DNA of 62,526 bases, counting the filler, from Platydemus manokwari (Eukaryota): the NCBI GenBank assembly GCA_037951405.1. It is 6 parts of 6 records of this genome, joined end to end, with 100 filler letters (N's around TTAATTAATTAA, not from the genome) between each part and the next. Parts side by side here need not be neighbours in the genome. Positions count along the whole stretch, not along the records: positions 40,436 to 53,080 come from JBBMOY010035569.1; positions 53,181 to 62,526 come from JBBMOY011261207.1; 4 more parts are not named here. One strand, 5' to 3'. The notes under the pieces were generated by a model, which did not search any database, was not told the DNA's origin, and was given only the letters and a program-made list of their open reading frames with translations. Positions 40,336 through 54,289 of the stretch are shown one piece after another. Each line of letters opens with the position of its first letter. The first letter of the stretch is position 1. The position numbers and the translations under genes are program-made.

Positions 40336-43300
40336 NNNNNNNNNNNNNNNNNNNNNNNNNNNNNNNNNNNNNNNNNNNNTTAATTAATTAANNNNNNNNN
40401 NNNNNNNNNNNNNNNNNNNNNNNNNNNNNNNNNNNTGATTTATTTAATATTTTTCAAGTTTCAAAAAGGGTTTTAAAATTTGTATTATATTGTGTTATAT
40501 TAACAATTAGTAAATTGTATTGCTGATGATGTTGATTTAAGAAATAATGTATATGATCAAAAAATGTCTTATTTTCTTAGAATTGTCAATTTTCTTAAAA
40601 TAAAGTTATTTGATTCTAACTGACTTCTTATATTAATACGTCTTTTCAGAAAAAAAGTTGAACAGCATAATAACTAAACTTTTAGTCAACAGACGTTATC
40701 AAAAATAATTTTGAAAATGCATGAGAATTCATCATTTGTACGCAAAATCAGGAAAAACGGTTGAAATTATTCATGGAATCGAAGGCGTATTTTTAATTAT
40801 CAACCTATAAGAACCACATTAAATTTGAATAAATTAGAGCACATTCCAGTACCTTTAACGATAATCAATTTTACAACACACTATAAACATATGATTAGCT
40901 TGTAATCATCTCAGAGTTTCTCTGAAATCCAAATGAGATTGGTATGCCAGTTCAGTGATTCAGTGGAAGATTTTATATTAATGATTTCGTCACACGATAA
41001 CTTTTGTCGATAAACGGTCATTGTGATTTATATTAAAATACAAAGAAGTTTGAACGTAATGTATCAAAAATTATTGAATATTTATAGAATTTCAATAACT
41101 CATGTTTCGTCTATCTTGATACGATATTTACAAAATTACGAAACAAGTTTTGATTATTCTACTCTTGTTTGCAGAATGCGTTTATCATTTTAGATTGAAA
41201 ACTGTCATGTTCAGAATCAAAATGTGAAGAATCTTAATAAAATATAAAAAAACATTGCAAATTTATATGAATTACTGAATTAACAAGACGTCAATTTTAT
41301 ATATAATTTTCTTTTCGTTCAACTTTAAAATATTACGAAAATTGACAATTAACTTTTTCCAGAATATGAGGTCATGAAATAAAAATTCAATCACAGGATG
41401 CTTCCCCAGCCAACCGGTAAATAAAAGCGTAGTGATTTATTACGACACAAGTCAATCTGCAACCTACTTGATTACATATTTTTTTATTTAATTATAATGT
41501 ATATCATCCCAATACAACAAATATGATATAAGATATTTCATTGTATACAACTATTTTTCAAAACAAGTTAAGTAATATATAATTATTATTTAAATACCAT
41601 TGCAACTCCAATTAAGCTCTCATGATAATTTATATACCAAATTATTATTGTAATTATTATTAATTATAGTTGTTAATACATAATATATAATACAAAAAGA
41701 TAAATATTATGTAAAATTACAATATTTTTAAATGCGCCCGTGAAAATTATTAGACTAAAATTTTAAAATTAAATTGATTAATTGGGAAGGAAATCCGTTG
41801 TCATCGTGATTTCATAAAATGCCATAGATTTTTAAAATAAAATTCTTGTCACCATGACAACGTGGTCAATCACTTAAGTAAAAAATAAAGGATTGCAAAA
41901 TTATTCATTCCACCCACAGAACCAAATCATATACAATCTAGCATCACAAATCAGATTTTGCACAAAATTTTCTTGAAACAATTTTTTCACACAGACTTCA
42001 GCAAAATTATTCAAATAATAGCAGGCAGAATCATTCAGTTATTATTTCGTATTCTAAACCAAAAATTATTCAATTTCAATTCGAATTTCAACCTTAAAAT
42101 TCAAACATAATAATGATTATTATTATCGTTATTGTTATCTTATTCGCATTAATCACTAGCAGGAGACTTGTTGTGAAATATTACATTGATCACAAAAAGT
42201 CTATTAGAATTTATTTGGACCATAAAATCAAAGCTCCCATTCATTTTCAAAAACGCCATTAGTTCTCTCCGGTGATTGTTCAGACTTTCAGGGCACTACA
42301 TCTGTTCGGTTAATTTAAAAGCATAACACATTTGTTAATCATTATTATATTTGATAAAAAGATTGTTATTTCTGTTTGTATTATTTTTATTATCATATCA
42401 TGTAACGCAACATATTAATCTGTTAGGTATTAGATTTCTAGTGAAATCATCAACTATCTTAAGGGATAAATAACTTAGGAGATAAATCATCGATAACTCA
42501 AATATATAAACTGCCTATAAATTCCATCACACGAACTAAATAATAAACCAAAAAGATTATAAGATAATACATGCTATTATTTGACATTAGGATTCTGGCT
42601 TTAGATTTTAAATAAAAAAGTTTATTTCATTCTTTATTTCTATATTTTTCCTTTTTATCATTTCAAATTTTAAATTCATTTGGACATTTATTCTTGAGAC
42701 ATTCTTTTGCAATATTAAACTTTTAATGAATCAAGACAGTAAGATTTAATTAATATCAATAGTTATTAACAACATATGATTTCGATCTCAGATAATTCTC
42801 CAAATGTTGTGTAGAGCCATATAATTGGCTCTTAATCAATGAAAGTTAATTATATGAATCTTAATAATAATAGTTTTAGGGAAAAATTCAAATAAAGTGT
42901 TTTACAATTTTGGAGCTCAAATAAGTTAACTGTTTAAAAATGATCTATTGAGTTGTCATTATATTTACAATTTCAAAACGATATATTCAATTAATAATCT
43001 CATTAAGAATCTAAATTCCAAATCACATATAACAAAGAATCATTGGATTGAACTTTTAAAAAATACATATCTCAAATATAAGTAAAATAATTAAAACAAA
43101 TTAATAAAGTCGTTAACAATATTTATTGAAATGTTTAAGATTAATATTTAAATTAAACGATGCAACGAAATTAATTTGTATTAGTAAAATATTTATGCAA
43201 GTTTTTATATCAATCATTATGCTAATTATTATAGTAATTAAACTAAATTTTCAAATAGTAGACTAAATAAAGCAAATTAAGTTTACCATAAACATTTAAG

Positions 43301-43529
43301 TGCAGCTGTTTAAATAAGTTAGTGTGAATAAAAAATATAAGATATTTTGTAAACGTTAAGAGGAATAACAAGTAAATGATATTTAAAAAAATATTTATTT
43401 AAATACTTTATTTTTAGATTTAATTTTTAAGAGTTATATTATAATTTACATTATAAATAGAACAAGGTTTATGATATTTGCTAATTATCAAAATTTTCTA
43501 TCAAATGCATTTCAGATATCTGATGAAAT

Positions 43530-44090
43530 CTAATTTAACGAACAAAATTATCGCGAAACAGGAAAATTAACGGAGGTCAAAATATAGCTGTCAAAATCGA
43601 TGAGACCTATTTTGGAGGGCCAAATATAATCGAGGACGTCGAAAGCCTGAAATCTAAGTTGTTGGCTGACTTGAAATATACAACAAGAGGAATTTCTTCC
43701 TATTTTCAGTCCTCAACCGAATCGGTGCAACTCTTGAATCAATAATCACACATTAATATAATATTTAAAGAAATACTATATTGACATTACATTTTATTTA
43801 ATTGTAGGTGGGTGAAATCAGGATCCATTATATATACAGATTGCTGAAGATCGTACAGTTGTTTTCAAATTCTGTTAATCAATCGAAGTGCTTTGTAAAT
43901 CCAGACAAATGAGATATTTACACTCAGAATTTAGAAGCACAGTAGAAGGTGCTTAAGGATGGCTGTCCAAGAAATGAATCCAAAAGGAAATTTGCGTTAT
44001 CCTGTATTTACGCAAAATTATTGAGGTAACAATTTGAATATTGCGATACCTTTAATACTATGACAGACTTTCTGAGATCAACTATGAATT
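43530..44090 (+). mobile_element. Merlin (ISXO2/IS1016-like DDE) transposase relic
   Basis: GGQNIAVKIDETYFG, KYNRGR, NRIGATLESII, VKSGSIIYTDC*RSY, VNQSKCFVNPD..YTQNLEA. Confidence 0.82.
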
Positions 44091-44916
44091 ATAATTGCTG
44101 TTTAACCAATAGATTTTAGGTGTTTTTTCTTTTTGATCTAAAATTGAATTTTAATCAACAATTTCTTTAAATTATGATTAAAATTTATTTTTATATCAAA
44201 TTATGCACGAAGATAATATTAAAATTGAGTTATAGGACCTTTTTTTTTTAATATAAACCATATTTCCTATTTTAATCACAAACTTCGAAATTTTTTGATT
44301 TTGCAAATTTTTATACTTAAATTATAAATTCATATACTAAACTTATCATGTGTTCAATAACCCAATGTTACTTGAATTCATAAATTTATTGTAAACATTT
44401 ATGGTATCCCTGAATTTTATTCTAATGTCAAGAAGTTAGACTCGATAATCTTTAATAAATATAAACTAAATGACCTTTATTTGTTTATTAATTTAGATTA
44501 AAATCAATTCCTTCAAATTTATTTTGAATTATAAATTTTTTATTTTCCTTTAACAATTTAATTAATTTATTTGAAATACACGTTTTTCTTTAAAACAAAT
44601 TCAATTATATTTCAGCTTTCTAAAGTATTATTTAATTTATTTAGCCCTATGAGATGTTGATTTTAACAAAAGAGGAAGTAAATGAAAAAATTAATTGTTT
44701 TCGTAATTTAATAGGTTATAAAATATTCTGGATTAAATTTTATTGCATTATTTGCAATTATTTAGGAATTTACAATGCTAAAATAGATTTTTTACAGAAG
44801 CTTCTCATTTATTTTGAGGTAATGTCATATTTTTTTAAGTTATTACCAAACATTTGGATATCCAGAAAACTGGTCAAACAGTAGATTGTATTGTTTTAAA
44901 TATTTGTGTTAAAGGA

Positions 44917-47900
44917 ATGGCAGAAGAAATATTTCCATGTGAAGATCAGATTCAGGTTTTCTTCTAATTAGCTAATACAAATGACTAATTTTATTATTCT
45001 AGATTCGATCCCAAAATATAAAACTAAATGATAATATTTCGGTTAGTAAAATATATTACAGATTACCCATTTTTAATAAGAATATAATATAAAATTCCGT
45101 GTTTTGTAAAAATATTGCCCTTGGAGCTGGACTTATACAAGTGTAATTTTACAAGGAAAATTTATTTTGCCATAAACAAAAATGACCAAATTTTGGCGTT
45201 TGGAGTTGTGGACACGTCATATGTACCTGGTAAATGTTATATAAAAGGGGTCCCACATATGGCAGTTGCTACTTTAAGGTCTATTATTAAAGAAGTAGTG
45301 CTTTCATTATTCATAGCTATGAATAGAGGGCTAAAGTGATTGGGCTAAAAACAAAAGATGTAAAACAATAATAGGTATCAAAAAGGAATTTTTACAGGAT
45401 TAGTTAAATGAATTTGTGGAGAGAGAACGTTGGAGGAGAAAGTCTTGAAACAAATTTAGAATTATTAAGAAATTTTTATCGAAAAAATTGTTTACTGTTT
45501 GAAATTTTTTGTTTTTATTTTTTAAAATTATTTTTGTTGGGGCAGAATTTTTACAAGATCCAAAATTTCTAAATACCATTATATTTTACATGGTTAAGTT
45601 GCGCTGTCAGAATACGATTTCGATTTAAGAAACAGAAAAGGATAGAATCATAGCAACACAGATGGATTGTCTAGGATAAAGTGGACATTATGTTCCCAGT
45701 GCATGATGAGACATGATGAAGCAAAGACGAAAAGCCGAATATTTAGGTCAAATACAAATAAAGTCGGAGATAATGCAGAAAATACAGGAAGCACAGCACA
45801 ACGATGCAGAAATAGTGGAGACATTCATATTTCTAAATATTGAAAAAACTCTTACTAGCGCGTAATTCTGAAATAAACATTTATTTCCGAGAATAAAAGA
45901 TAACCTGAAGGTGATCGACAATACCCTGATGCTGGAGAAAGAGAAAGGTTTAGCTGCTATAATACCGAAAGATTTTGCCCGCTCAATCTGTCAAGACAAT
46001 TCGCGAGGAGCTCTGCCAAATAGGGTCAATGAAAACTTTCGCATATTTGAACGACAGGTTCAACACCAACAAAAAGATACTGAAAGAATGTATCATATGT
46101 GAAAAAGAGAAACATTGATAAATCCAGAACTTAGGAGTTCCTGCTCCCTCGGTTAGGCTTTGAGTTTCATCAGTAAATTATGGTGGATATTGCACAAATG
46201 GACGCGATGCATAGTAACAAGAAGTACTTAGTAGTCATTATCGACAGATTCGGCAAGGTAGTGAGTCTCACTGCTATATCTAAGCAAGACGAAAAGACAA
46301 TCTTCGAAGTCATTTAGAACTCGTGGATTTATCGTTTTGGAAATCCAAAGAGTTTTCTACCTGATAACGAGTAACAATTTGGAGGTAAATTTATGGGAGA
46401 TGCGTGTTCAAAATTGGGTATCAAACAAGAATTCAGCTCACCTTACCAGCATCAATCGAATGGGCTAGCGGAAAGAATCATCAGGACGGAATGAGATACT
46501 ATAACAGCCATAAGACGATGAAAAATGGATTCCATTACGAAGGTCCCTATCGAATTACCGGATTCAAGTCAGTGGGTATTCTATTCCCTCATGCGATAAA
46601 ATCCAGACGATTTGAGTGGCTGAAACGTTGGAGCGGGACTTAAGTGGAGGCGAGTAACGTGATTAAATAAAAAAAACGTAATTTTATTATTTCAAATTTT
46701 CTCAACACGTATGATCGGTTATTTAATTTTGCTACAACATGATCGTGAAATAGATTTTCATGATATAAAGGAAATGGAATGGATTTTCGCTACTATTTTA
46801 CAATTATTTAATCCTTTTTAAATATTATTTCAACCATTTTCACTGACACAGTACCTCAGAATTAATATATTACATTATTACAAGAATTCGATGCGAGGAT
46901 TTAACAGTGATATTTTTCTATATAATTATTTTCTTCTACCAGTAACATCAAGAGATAATGTGTATTATTTGATCACATTTATGGAATTTATTTATTTATT
47001 TTACAAATATTTTATTTACATTTGATGTATTTTTTAAGTATTATTAAAATTTCTTTTAAAAGTATCGAGATTTAATTATTTATTATGTCATGACCTTAAG
47101 GTCAATATTATTTAAATGAGTAAGTTTTTAAAAATTTTATTTCTTAATTTTTAGAACTGGGATGAATCGATTAATAAGATCAATTCTGATTCCAAAGATT
47201 TCTACGAATCATTATCTTCAATACAGTGCAATGAATTTCCTGTTAACAATGATAAAAATATATCAAATATTCATGAAGTGCTAAAGTTACCAAATCAAGA
47301 ACCAATGAGAAATAAAGACTCCAACGAGGATTATTCAATAGGTTCATTATTTCATATCACTTTTCCATATGATAAACCGTGGTTATTGATGAAGACTTTG
47401 AAATTGGAGGTTGGGTACTAACGAAATACTTTGTTTTGCTAAAATAAAATTTCCTTTATAGCCAACAGACTCACAACTGAGCAACTCTTCGAAATTTCAA
47501 CATTCTAACTACTCAGCAAACTCGGGTTCAAAACTTTTAAATAATGTCAAAATAAGTTAGTTTTTTTAGTAAATGCTAATTCTCTCATTTCCGAATGTCT
47601 AATCCTTAATAGTACTTTTATCAATCAATATAGACAGTAACCATACTTGACAAAAACTGTATAGTGAAACGTTAGATACGTTATTTATTATGAAATAAAT
47701 TATACTTAAAAAAATTGATATTCCGATAACTCGTATATATTACATAAAGTTACATAGCGAAAATTATTTGATATTTCAAGCGAAATGAAAATTTCGATAT
47801 TAACCTAATCATTACAAGTTACAAAACTCTAAATTTCCAGTGCAATAATAATTTTCATTTATTTCGTTATCTTTTAATGAATGGGAAATCAATACTCATT

Positions 47901-49868
47901 AGAAGAAATTTAATGTAAGCTCTGGTAATAACGAATATCTTTTAAAATGAAAATCTCCCAACAATTATTTCGTCCGTAACAAAAAATAAAATCGTGTCCA
48001 CTTATTATTGGTTGAAAATTCAATGCAGAATAAACAAGTTAACAATAAACTCCATATTCTGTCAAGTGTGCTAAAGTATGCATGCACAAAGATTCAGTTT
48101 GCTTTTGCATGGATTTGAAAACTTGGAGTATGTGTGTCAATAATGTCTAATCGATATTACGCCTCGTGGAGCACAGATAAATTTTTTTACAACTCTCAAT
48201 ATGCTTTTACTATAGTTAACCACAGAAATTAAATGGGGGTCTATTATCAATCAATAATTTTAATTATTAAAACAATTTTATGTTTTAATGATAGTGCAAA
48301 TTTAGAAAAATCAACCAATTCAAGTTATCATGATCAAATGAACAGTAAAAATATTTTTTTGTCCAACACTTCTTTTGATGACTTAAATCAGATTCATTCA
48401 ACAGTAAAAAGTAGGAATTTTCTGGTTTTTTCCTATTTAATATGGTTTATTTAAATTTTATATCAATGTTTAAACTTTGGATCAATGGATTTTATGAAAA
48501 TTATTTTAGGATTTCATAATTTCAATAGCTTTTAACCTGTAATCAAAGAATGCTTAAATATGCAAAGAAATATATTTGATAATGTTTAAATTTAATTTAA
48601 AATTATTATATTGAAAAGAATCTTAACAATATTAAATCATTTGCTATCAGCAAATATCGGATAAGTCAAATATCGAAATATCTTAATCAAAATGGTTTGA
48701 TTATTATAATTATTATAACCACGCTAGAGTGTACTTGAATTCAAAGTCACTTTGCTTAAGTTCAGAATAGTAGCACGAATTTTGTTAGTAAAGTCCGACC
48801 TTAAATAATTTTTTGAATCGTTTGTCCTTTCACAAACATATATTTTTCCCCATATAGTACACAATGAAATCTTATTAATTTTCAATATGAATTACAGATT
48901 TAATTGCATGATCATTTCTAGTAATTTTTGAAAATTTCTGTATAATTACCTTAATATTTTTTCTTAATTATTTAAATTTAAATTTGTGGGATAATAATAA
49001 TGATAAATTATACTTTAATATTATATTATTAGTAGTATTTTTATTTGTTATTATAATTATTGTCCTACTTCTTTTCTGTAACATTTGGTAATCATATAAA
49101 TATTTGAGATTTTCATAAAAAATGTTATTATAAAAATTCATACCAGCACACAAAGAATGAATACACTTTGTTCTTATGATTAAAGCAGACTTTAAACGTT
49201 TAACACTAAAATAATAATGGGTACAAAATTGTTATTTTTTGCAATTGCATTGACTAGGATGATACAAATTAGATTCATGATCATTGAATTGATTGGGATG
49301 AATGAGAAGTGATTGCATGTTAGGCCGTTGGAATACCAATACCAGTTAACTAGCGAGGCTTAAATAATAATATTTTGGAACTGAACTACATCGAATATTT
49401 TACGTATCACATATCAAAATTTGATTACTGATTGACCACCAAGTAGAGGTTGCATTTTTAAGTTCACTTAGCCATTTCTATTTCATAAGATGCGCATAAG
49501 CATATTTAACCAAATTATCTGAACACATTAATATTTATAATATAAATTCTGAATATAAAGCCTTTTAATTTTAATTCATTTTAAAATAATCAATAATTCA
49601 AATTATTAATTAAGATTTTTCTTAAGGTGAAGAAATGTCTTATTCTAAAAATGAAAAATCTAAATACCCAACATTGAAACAGTTCAAGTGCGAATTCTGT
49701 TCGAGTGCTTTTGCTCAGAAAGGTGTATTAAATCGCCACAAGTTTTTACGCCATTCACCCACAATTGTAAAGCCACACATTTGTCCAAAATGTCAAAAGG
49801 GTTTCACTTTGAAACATCATTTGAAAAATCATTTAAAATGCAAATCCGGTTGTCGCTATTTTTCGTAA
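44917..49868 (+). CDS. C2H2 zinc-finger protein (two C-terminal fingers), ~222 aa spliced model
   Basis: Last exon 49627-49868 encodes FKCEFCSSAFAQKGVLNRHKFLRH and KPHICPKCQKGFTLKHHLKNH. Frame-compatible upstream exons 44917-44955, 45003-45041, 47155-47409 and 47462-47555 have GT-AG boundaries. The upstream exons are less certain than the finger exon. Confidence 0.65.
45600..46680 (+). mobile_element. Ty3/gypsy integrase fragment plus PPT and LTR start, inside an intron of the zinc-finger gene
   Basis: MVDIA..KYLVVIIDRF..WIYRFGNP..DN..SPYQHQSNGLAERII (rve), YEGPYRI (GPY/F), then AAGTGGAGGCG-AGTAACGTGATT. Confidence 0.85.
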
Positions 49869-50559
49869 TATTTACTTCCTCATACGTTATATTTGGTATA
49901 TGTATTTGGTGTCAATTTCATTTCTTGTCGGTGCCTTATGGTACCATTTAATTGGATATCATAAATCAATTGTCTTATTCGTTTATTGAAAATTAATAAT
50001 TTTTGAAAATTTTTAAATTTTTAATTAATATTAAAGTTTTATTTTAATTTTATTCTATTAATGAAAGTACAACCCATAGAACTTCATTGATTTAAGCCAA
50101 TTCTACATCCAAGCTAAGTTGTGGTCAAGTTAGACCGACAATAAAATGCAAACATCTGCTCAATTCGTTAACAAACAATTTTACGAATAATTATGATTTG
50201 TATATAAGTCGAAATAGAAAAATATATTTTTATGTGGCTATGTTTGTTTTGTTATTTATCAAATATCTTGAAGTCCTTTAATGTATATTTTTTGTAACAT
50301 CATATTTCTTCGTGCAATAATAGAAATAATAAAGAATTAAAACAAATTTGAAAGTAAATTTCAAAGGTAAACTTCAACAAGTAATACATATATACCTTGA
50401 GTTGAATAATGAATTCCCTAGAACCCTTTGATAATTGTGTTGAGCTTGTCAAAAGAGTCTAGTCAAAAAAAGCAGACACAGCGTGAGGTTATAAGCACAA
50501 AAAGTAGATCAAGGTCTAATTTTATATTTTCTACAGTTTCATCACTGACACTTACAGAC

Positions 50560-51900
50560 ATAATATTTATTTAAAAATACTACACTAATCCGCCAATCAA
50601 TTATTTAAACAAATACAACGTGTTTCTTTATTTAACCACTTTTCTTAACAACCACTCTAATCATCTGGATTTTATCGCACGAGTGAATTGGATCTCCACT
50701 TGTCCCTATGACATCAATCCGGTAATTTGGTAGAGGCATTCTTATTGGTATCCATTCTTCTTCCTCTTATGAGGATCTACGTGAACCAGCACCATCTTTC
50801 CAACCTGAAAAGTTCGATGTGTTCTTCCTCGGTTGTCTCGGTTAGACATTATGTTTTCTGCCACTTTAGAATTTTCTTTAGCTTGGTTCTTGTGACTCAT
50901 ATCTGTATGAACATTGATCTTACGCCCGTAGATTATCTCAAAAGGCTAGAACTTCGTTGTTAATTGATGTGTTGCATCGATGCAGAACTCTATAATTGCA
51001 GCAATTCAGCCCAACTTTTCTCTGTTTTTTTACTCTTTAAAGTAGCTGTAGCGATATATTTGATGTTTTTCTTGAGATTATCAAACTTTCATTAATTTTC
51101 CAGATTTATACAAAAATAGAGACAATTTCGAGAAGCATTTTTTAGTTTATATTGATTTCAAATAATTTGAACTGTTTTGTCTAACACAGTTAGGAATTTT
51201 CACTAACTTTCATTGATTTTCTATAATTTACAAAATTTAGAGATTTAGCAATTTCCAAACCTTTTTCGTCGATATAACGTTTAGAGAAATATATAAGGTC
51301 TGGTAAGAGATAAATAAATTTCCTTAAATTTTTCATGTTTTAAGATAATCGATAATCATTTTTGAGACTTGACTCGCAATTTTTATCATGATTTTTGAAA
51401 TTAAATTTTTTCGTCATCCTGATTATGAAATTTTAAAATTTTCTATTGATTTTCTATTGAACATTATTCAAGCATTTTTTTGTCCATTTTGTCCAAAATA
51501 TTTTTGATATATTTCATGTTTTTTGGAGATTTCTGAACTTTCACGAACTTTCTACCGTTGTGATCACTTTTTCCGCATAGCCCGTTCGATTTATGCTGGT
51601 ATGGTGAGCTGAATTCTTGTTTGATTCCCAATTTCGAACACGCTTCCATTATAAATTTGCCTTCAAACTGTTTCCGGTTATCAATAAAATTGGTCTTTGG
51701 CTTCCAAACAACGATATATCCACGTGTTCAAAACGACTTGAAAGACTGTCATTTCGTCTTGCTTAGATGTAGCAGTGAGGCTCACCAGGTTGCTGAATCT
51801 GTTGATAATGACTACTAGATACTTCTTGTTACTATGTATTCCGTAATTTGGGCAATATTTACAACAATATGCTCTTGAAATCCAGAGTCTAACCGAAAGA
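50560..51900 (-). mobile_element. Second copy of the same gypsy integrase, split by a ~0.5-kb AT-rich insertion (~51080-51550)
   Basis: KKYLVVIINRF..WIYR and ACSKLGIKQEFSSPYQHKSNGL; the 3' part matches 46520-46625 and runs into LTR sequence. Confidence 0.8.
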
Positions 51901-51904
51901 GTAG

Positions 51905-53080
51905 GTTTTTTTAATTTTAGAAATAAAAACAAAAAATTCAAAATTTGTAAAAAATTGTTAAAACACGTCCTAAAATTAAATGAATTAAGCATTCGGGTAG
52001 AGTACGCCTATAGTGTTACTTATATTATCAGAGTTATTCAAAAATATTGATTTTCGAGGTTTCTTTAATTTTTGAAAAAAAAACAAAAAAATTTGAAATT
52101 TGTAAAAAAAATATAAAAACACGTCCTAAAATTAAATGAATTAGAAATTTGTGTAAACAATGTCTAAAACACATCGAAAAAATAAATGAATTTGACATAA
52201 GGGTAAACAACATCTAAAAGATTAGTAATGATATGAAAGTTTTTTAAAATTATCGATTTTTCATAATTTTTAAATTTTAAAAAAAATTTACAAAATTTCA
52301 AAATCGTAAAAAATCTTTAAAACACGTCGAATATTTGAATGAAGTTGACATTGGGGTAAAGAATCTTTAAGTGATTTCTTATGTTATCAAAATTTTTAAA
52401 AATTATGGAATTTTCGAGATTTTTTGAATTTTGAAAAAAAATAGAAAAATTCAAAAATCGTAAAAAATAAAAAAAAACTTCAAAAAAATAAATAAAATGA
52501 ATATTCAGATCACCACCATTTAGTAGATTTTTTATGATATGAAAATTTTTATAAATTATCAATTTTTCTAGATTTTTTGAATTTTTGACTAAAAAATAAA
52601 AAATTCAAAAATCGTAAAAAATCCTTAAAACACGTAGAAAAAATAAATGAATTGCACAATGGGATAATAAACATCTAGAAGATTACTTATTACATGAAAA
52701 TTTTTTAAAATGATCAAATTTTCTAGATTTTTTGAATTAAAAAAAAAATTCAAAAATCGTAAAAAATGCTTAAAACACGTTGAAAAAATAAATGAATTGG
52801 ACAACGGGGTAATCAACATTTAGGAGATTACTTATCATATGAAAATTTTTTAAAATTATCGAATTATCAAAATTTTTTGAATATTTGAAAAAAAATAAAA
52901 AATTCAAAAAATGTTAAAAATCATTAAAACACGTCGAAAAAAAAATGAAATACGCAAAAAATAATTATAACGCGTCGAATAAATAAATGAATTGGACATT
53001 GGAGTAATCAACATCTGGCAGATTTCCCATGACATGAAAATTTTTCAAAATTATCGATTTTTCCCCATTTTTTGAATTTT
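51905..53080. repeat. AT-rich tandem satellite, ~150-bp unit, ~7 diverged copies, running into the contig end
   Basis: Recurrent AAAACACGT..AAATGAATT..AAAATTATC..TTCAAAAATCGTAAAAAA near 51960, 52117, 52319, 52627, 52772 and 52926. Confidence 0.85.
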
Positions 53081-53180
53081 NNNNNNNNNNNNNNNNNNNN
53101 NNNNNNNNNNNNNNNNNNNNNNNNTTAATTAATTAANNNNNNNNNNNNNNNNNNNNNNNNNNNNNNNNNNNNNNNNNNNN

Positions 53181-53282
53181 CCAGAATCGGTACTTTTTTG
53201 ACAAAGGACATGTGGCCTGCAAACAGCCCAGATATTAATCCGTTAGACTTCGCAGTTCAGGGATTTATGGAGGAACAATTGT
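53181..53282 (+). mobile_element. Tc1/mariner transposase fragment
   Basis: WPANSPDINPLDFAV motif. Confidence 0.75.
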
Positions 53283-53724
53283 ATATATAAATTTTTATTT
53301 TAAAAAATTAAATTTTCCTTATAAAATTGTAAAACATTTTAAAATTTATTACATACTTTTTAAACATTTTATATGAAAATATTAAATTTTTATAATTTAT
53401 TAAATTCTTTAAAATCGTTATTTAAAAGTTGTTATATTTAATTATTTAATTTAAACCTCACAATTATTATTAGGAACATATTTAATATCGAACTATTTTG
53501 AGAAATATTTTACATTTATATTATTTTATAAATCATTTGAAGGAAGATCGAAATAAAAAAAACATGCGTTGAATGAGGGTTATTGGACAGATGCAATAAT
53601 CATAAAGCAGTTTGAGTAAAAACCTAAAAAAAACCATTCTGATATTAATCTTCCAAAAAATTCTAACTTTACTCAAAATATTGAAAGAAAATAAAATAAA
53701 AAATAAATGATAAATAATTATTAC

Positions 53725-53940
53725 TATCTATTAATCCACTTCTTTATTTTATTTGATAATCAAGCGTATTCAGCTCTCATAATGTTGTACAAATATTTTT
53801 GTAGTTAATAACAGAGACTTCGTTGGCACTCCATTGATAAATATTGTTGTATTGCTGATGAAAAAAGTTTTGACTTTCAAATAAACTCAAATAATTTATG
53901 CAAAACTAGAATTTGTGTGATACACTGAGTCTATGGCAAT
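53725..53940 (-). pseudogene. Eroded Ly6-like cassette exon
   Basis: TTCAG|DCHRL..*FCIN..KNICTTL*; phase-1 start like the other cassettes; GTAATA donor at 53724. Confidence 0.35.
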
Positions 53941-54289
53941 CTGAAATTAAAAAAAATAAATAGAAGATGGAAAAATGAGGAAAAATTAATAAAGAAATTA
54001 ATATTAAATTATAATAAATATAAATTATTCAAACACAATCATTCAAAAAACCAACACGATAAAGAATAATATTTTGGATGGAATTATTTTGTTGTTAGTT
54101 GAATTAACTGAATTTTTTGCATTAATTGTAACAGCTGCCAATCAAATAAAACCAATACCATAAAGCCGGAATTAAAATCAAATAATTTCAAGGGTTAAGG
54201 TTGCTGATCTTAAAATGACACATCAAATAAATAATATTCCTTATCCAACTTTAAAAGAAAAAGTAGAAAAATTAATCACGTTAATCAAT

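Noticed and set aside
40560-41260. Possible Mutator transposase relic
   Set aside because: Only vague motif resemblance; too decayed to support.
52317-52819. Two similar Phe-rich ORFs
   Set aside because: Translations of the satellite repeat.
51905-53080. CRISPR-like repeat array
   Set aside because: Eukaryotic context; whole units repeat with no unique spacers and no cas genes.
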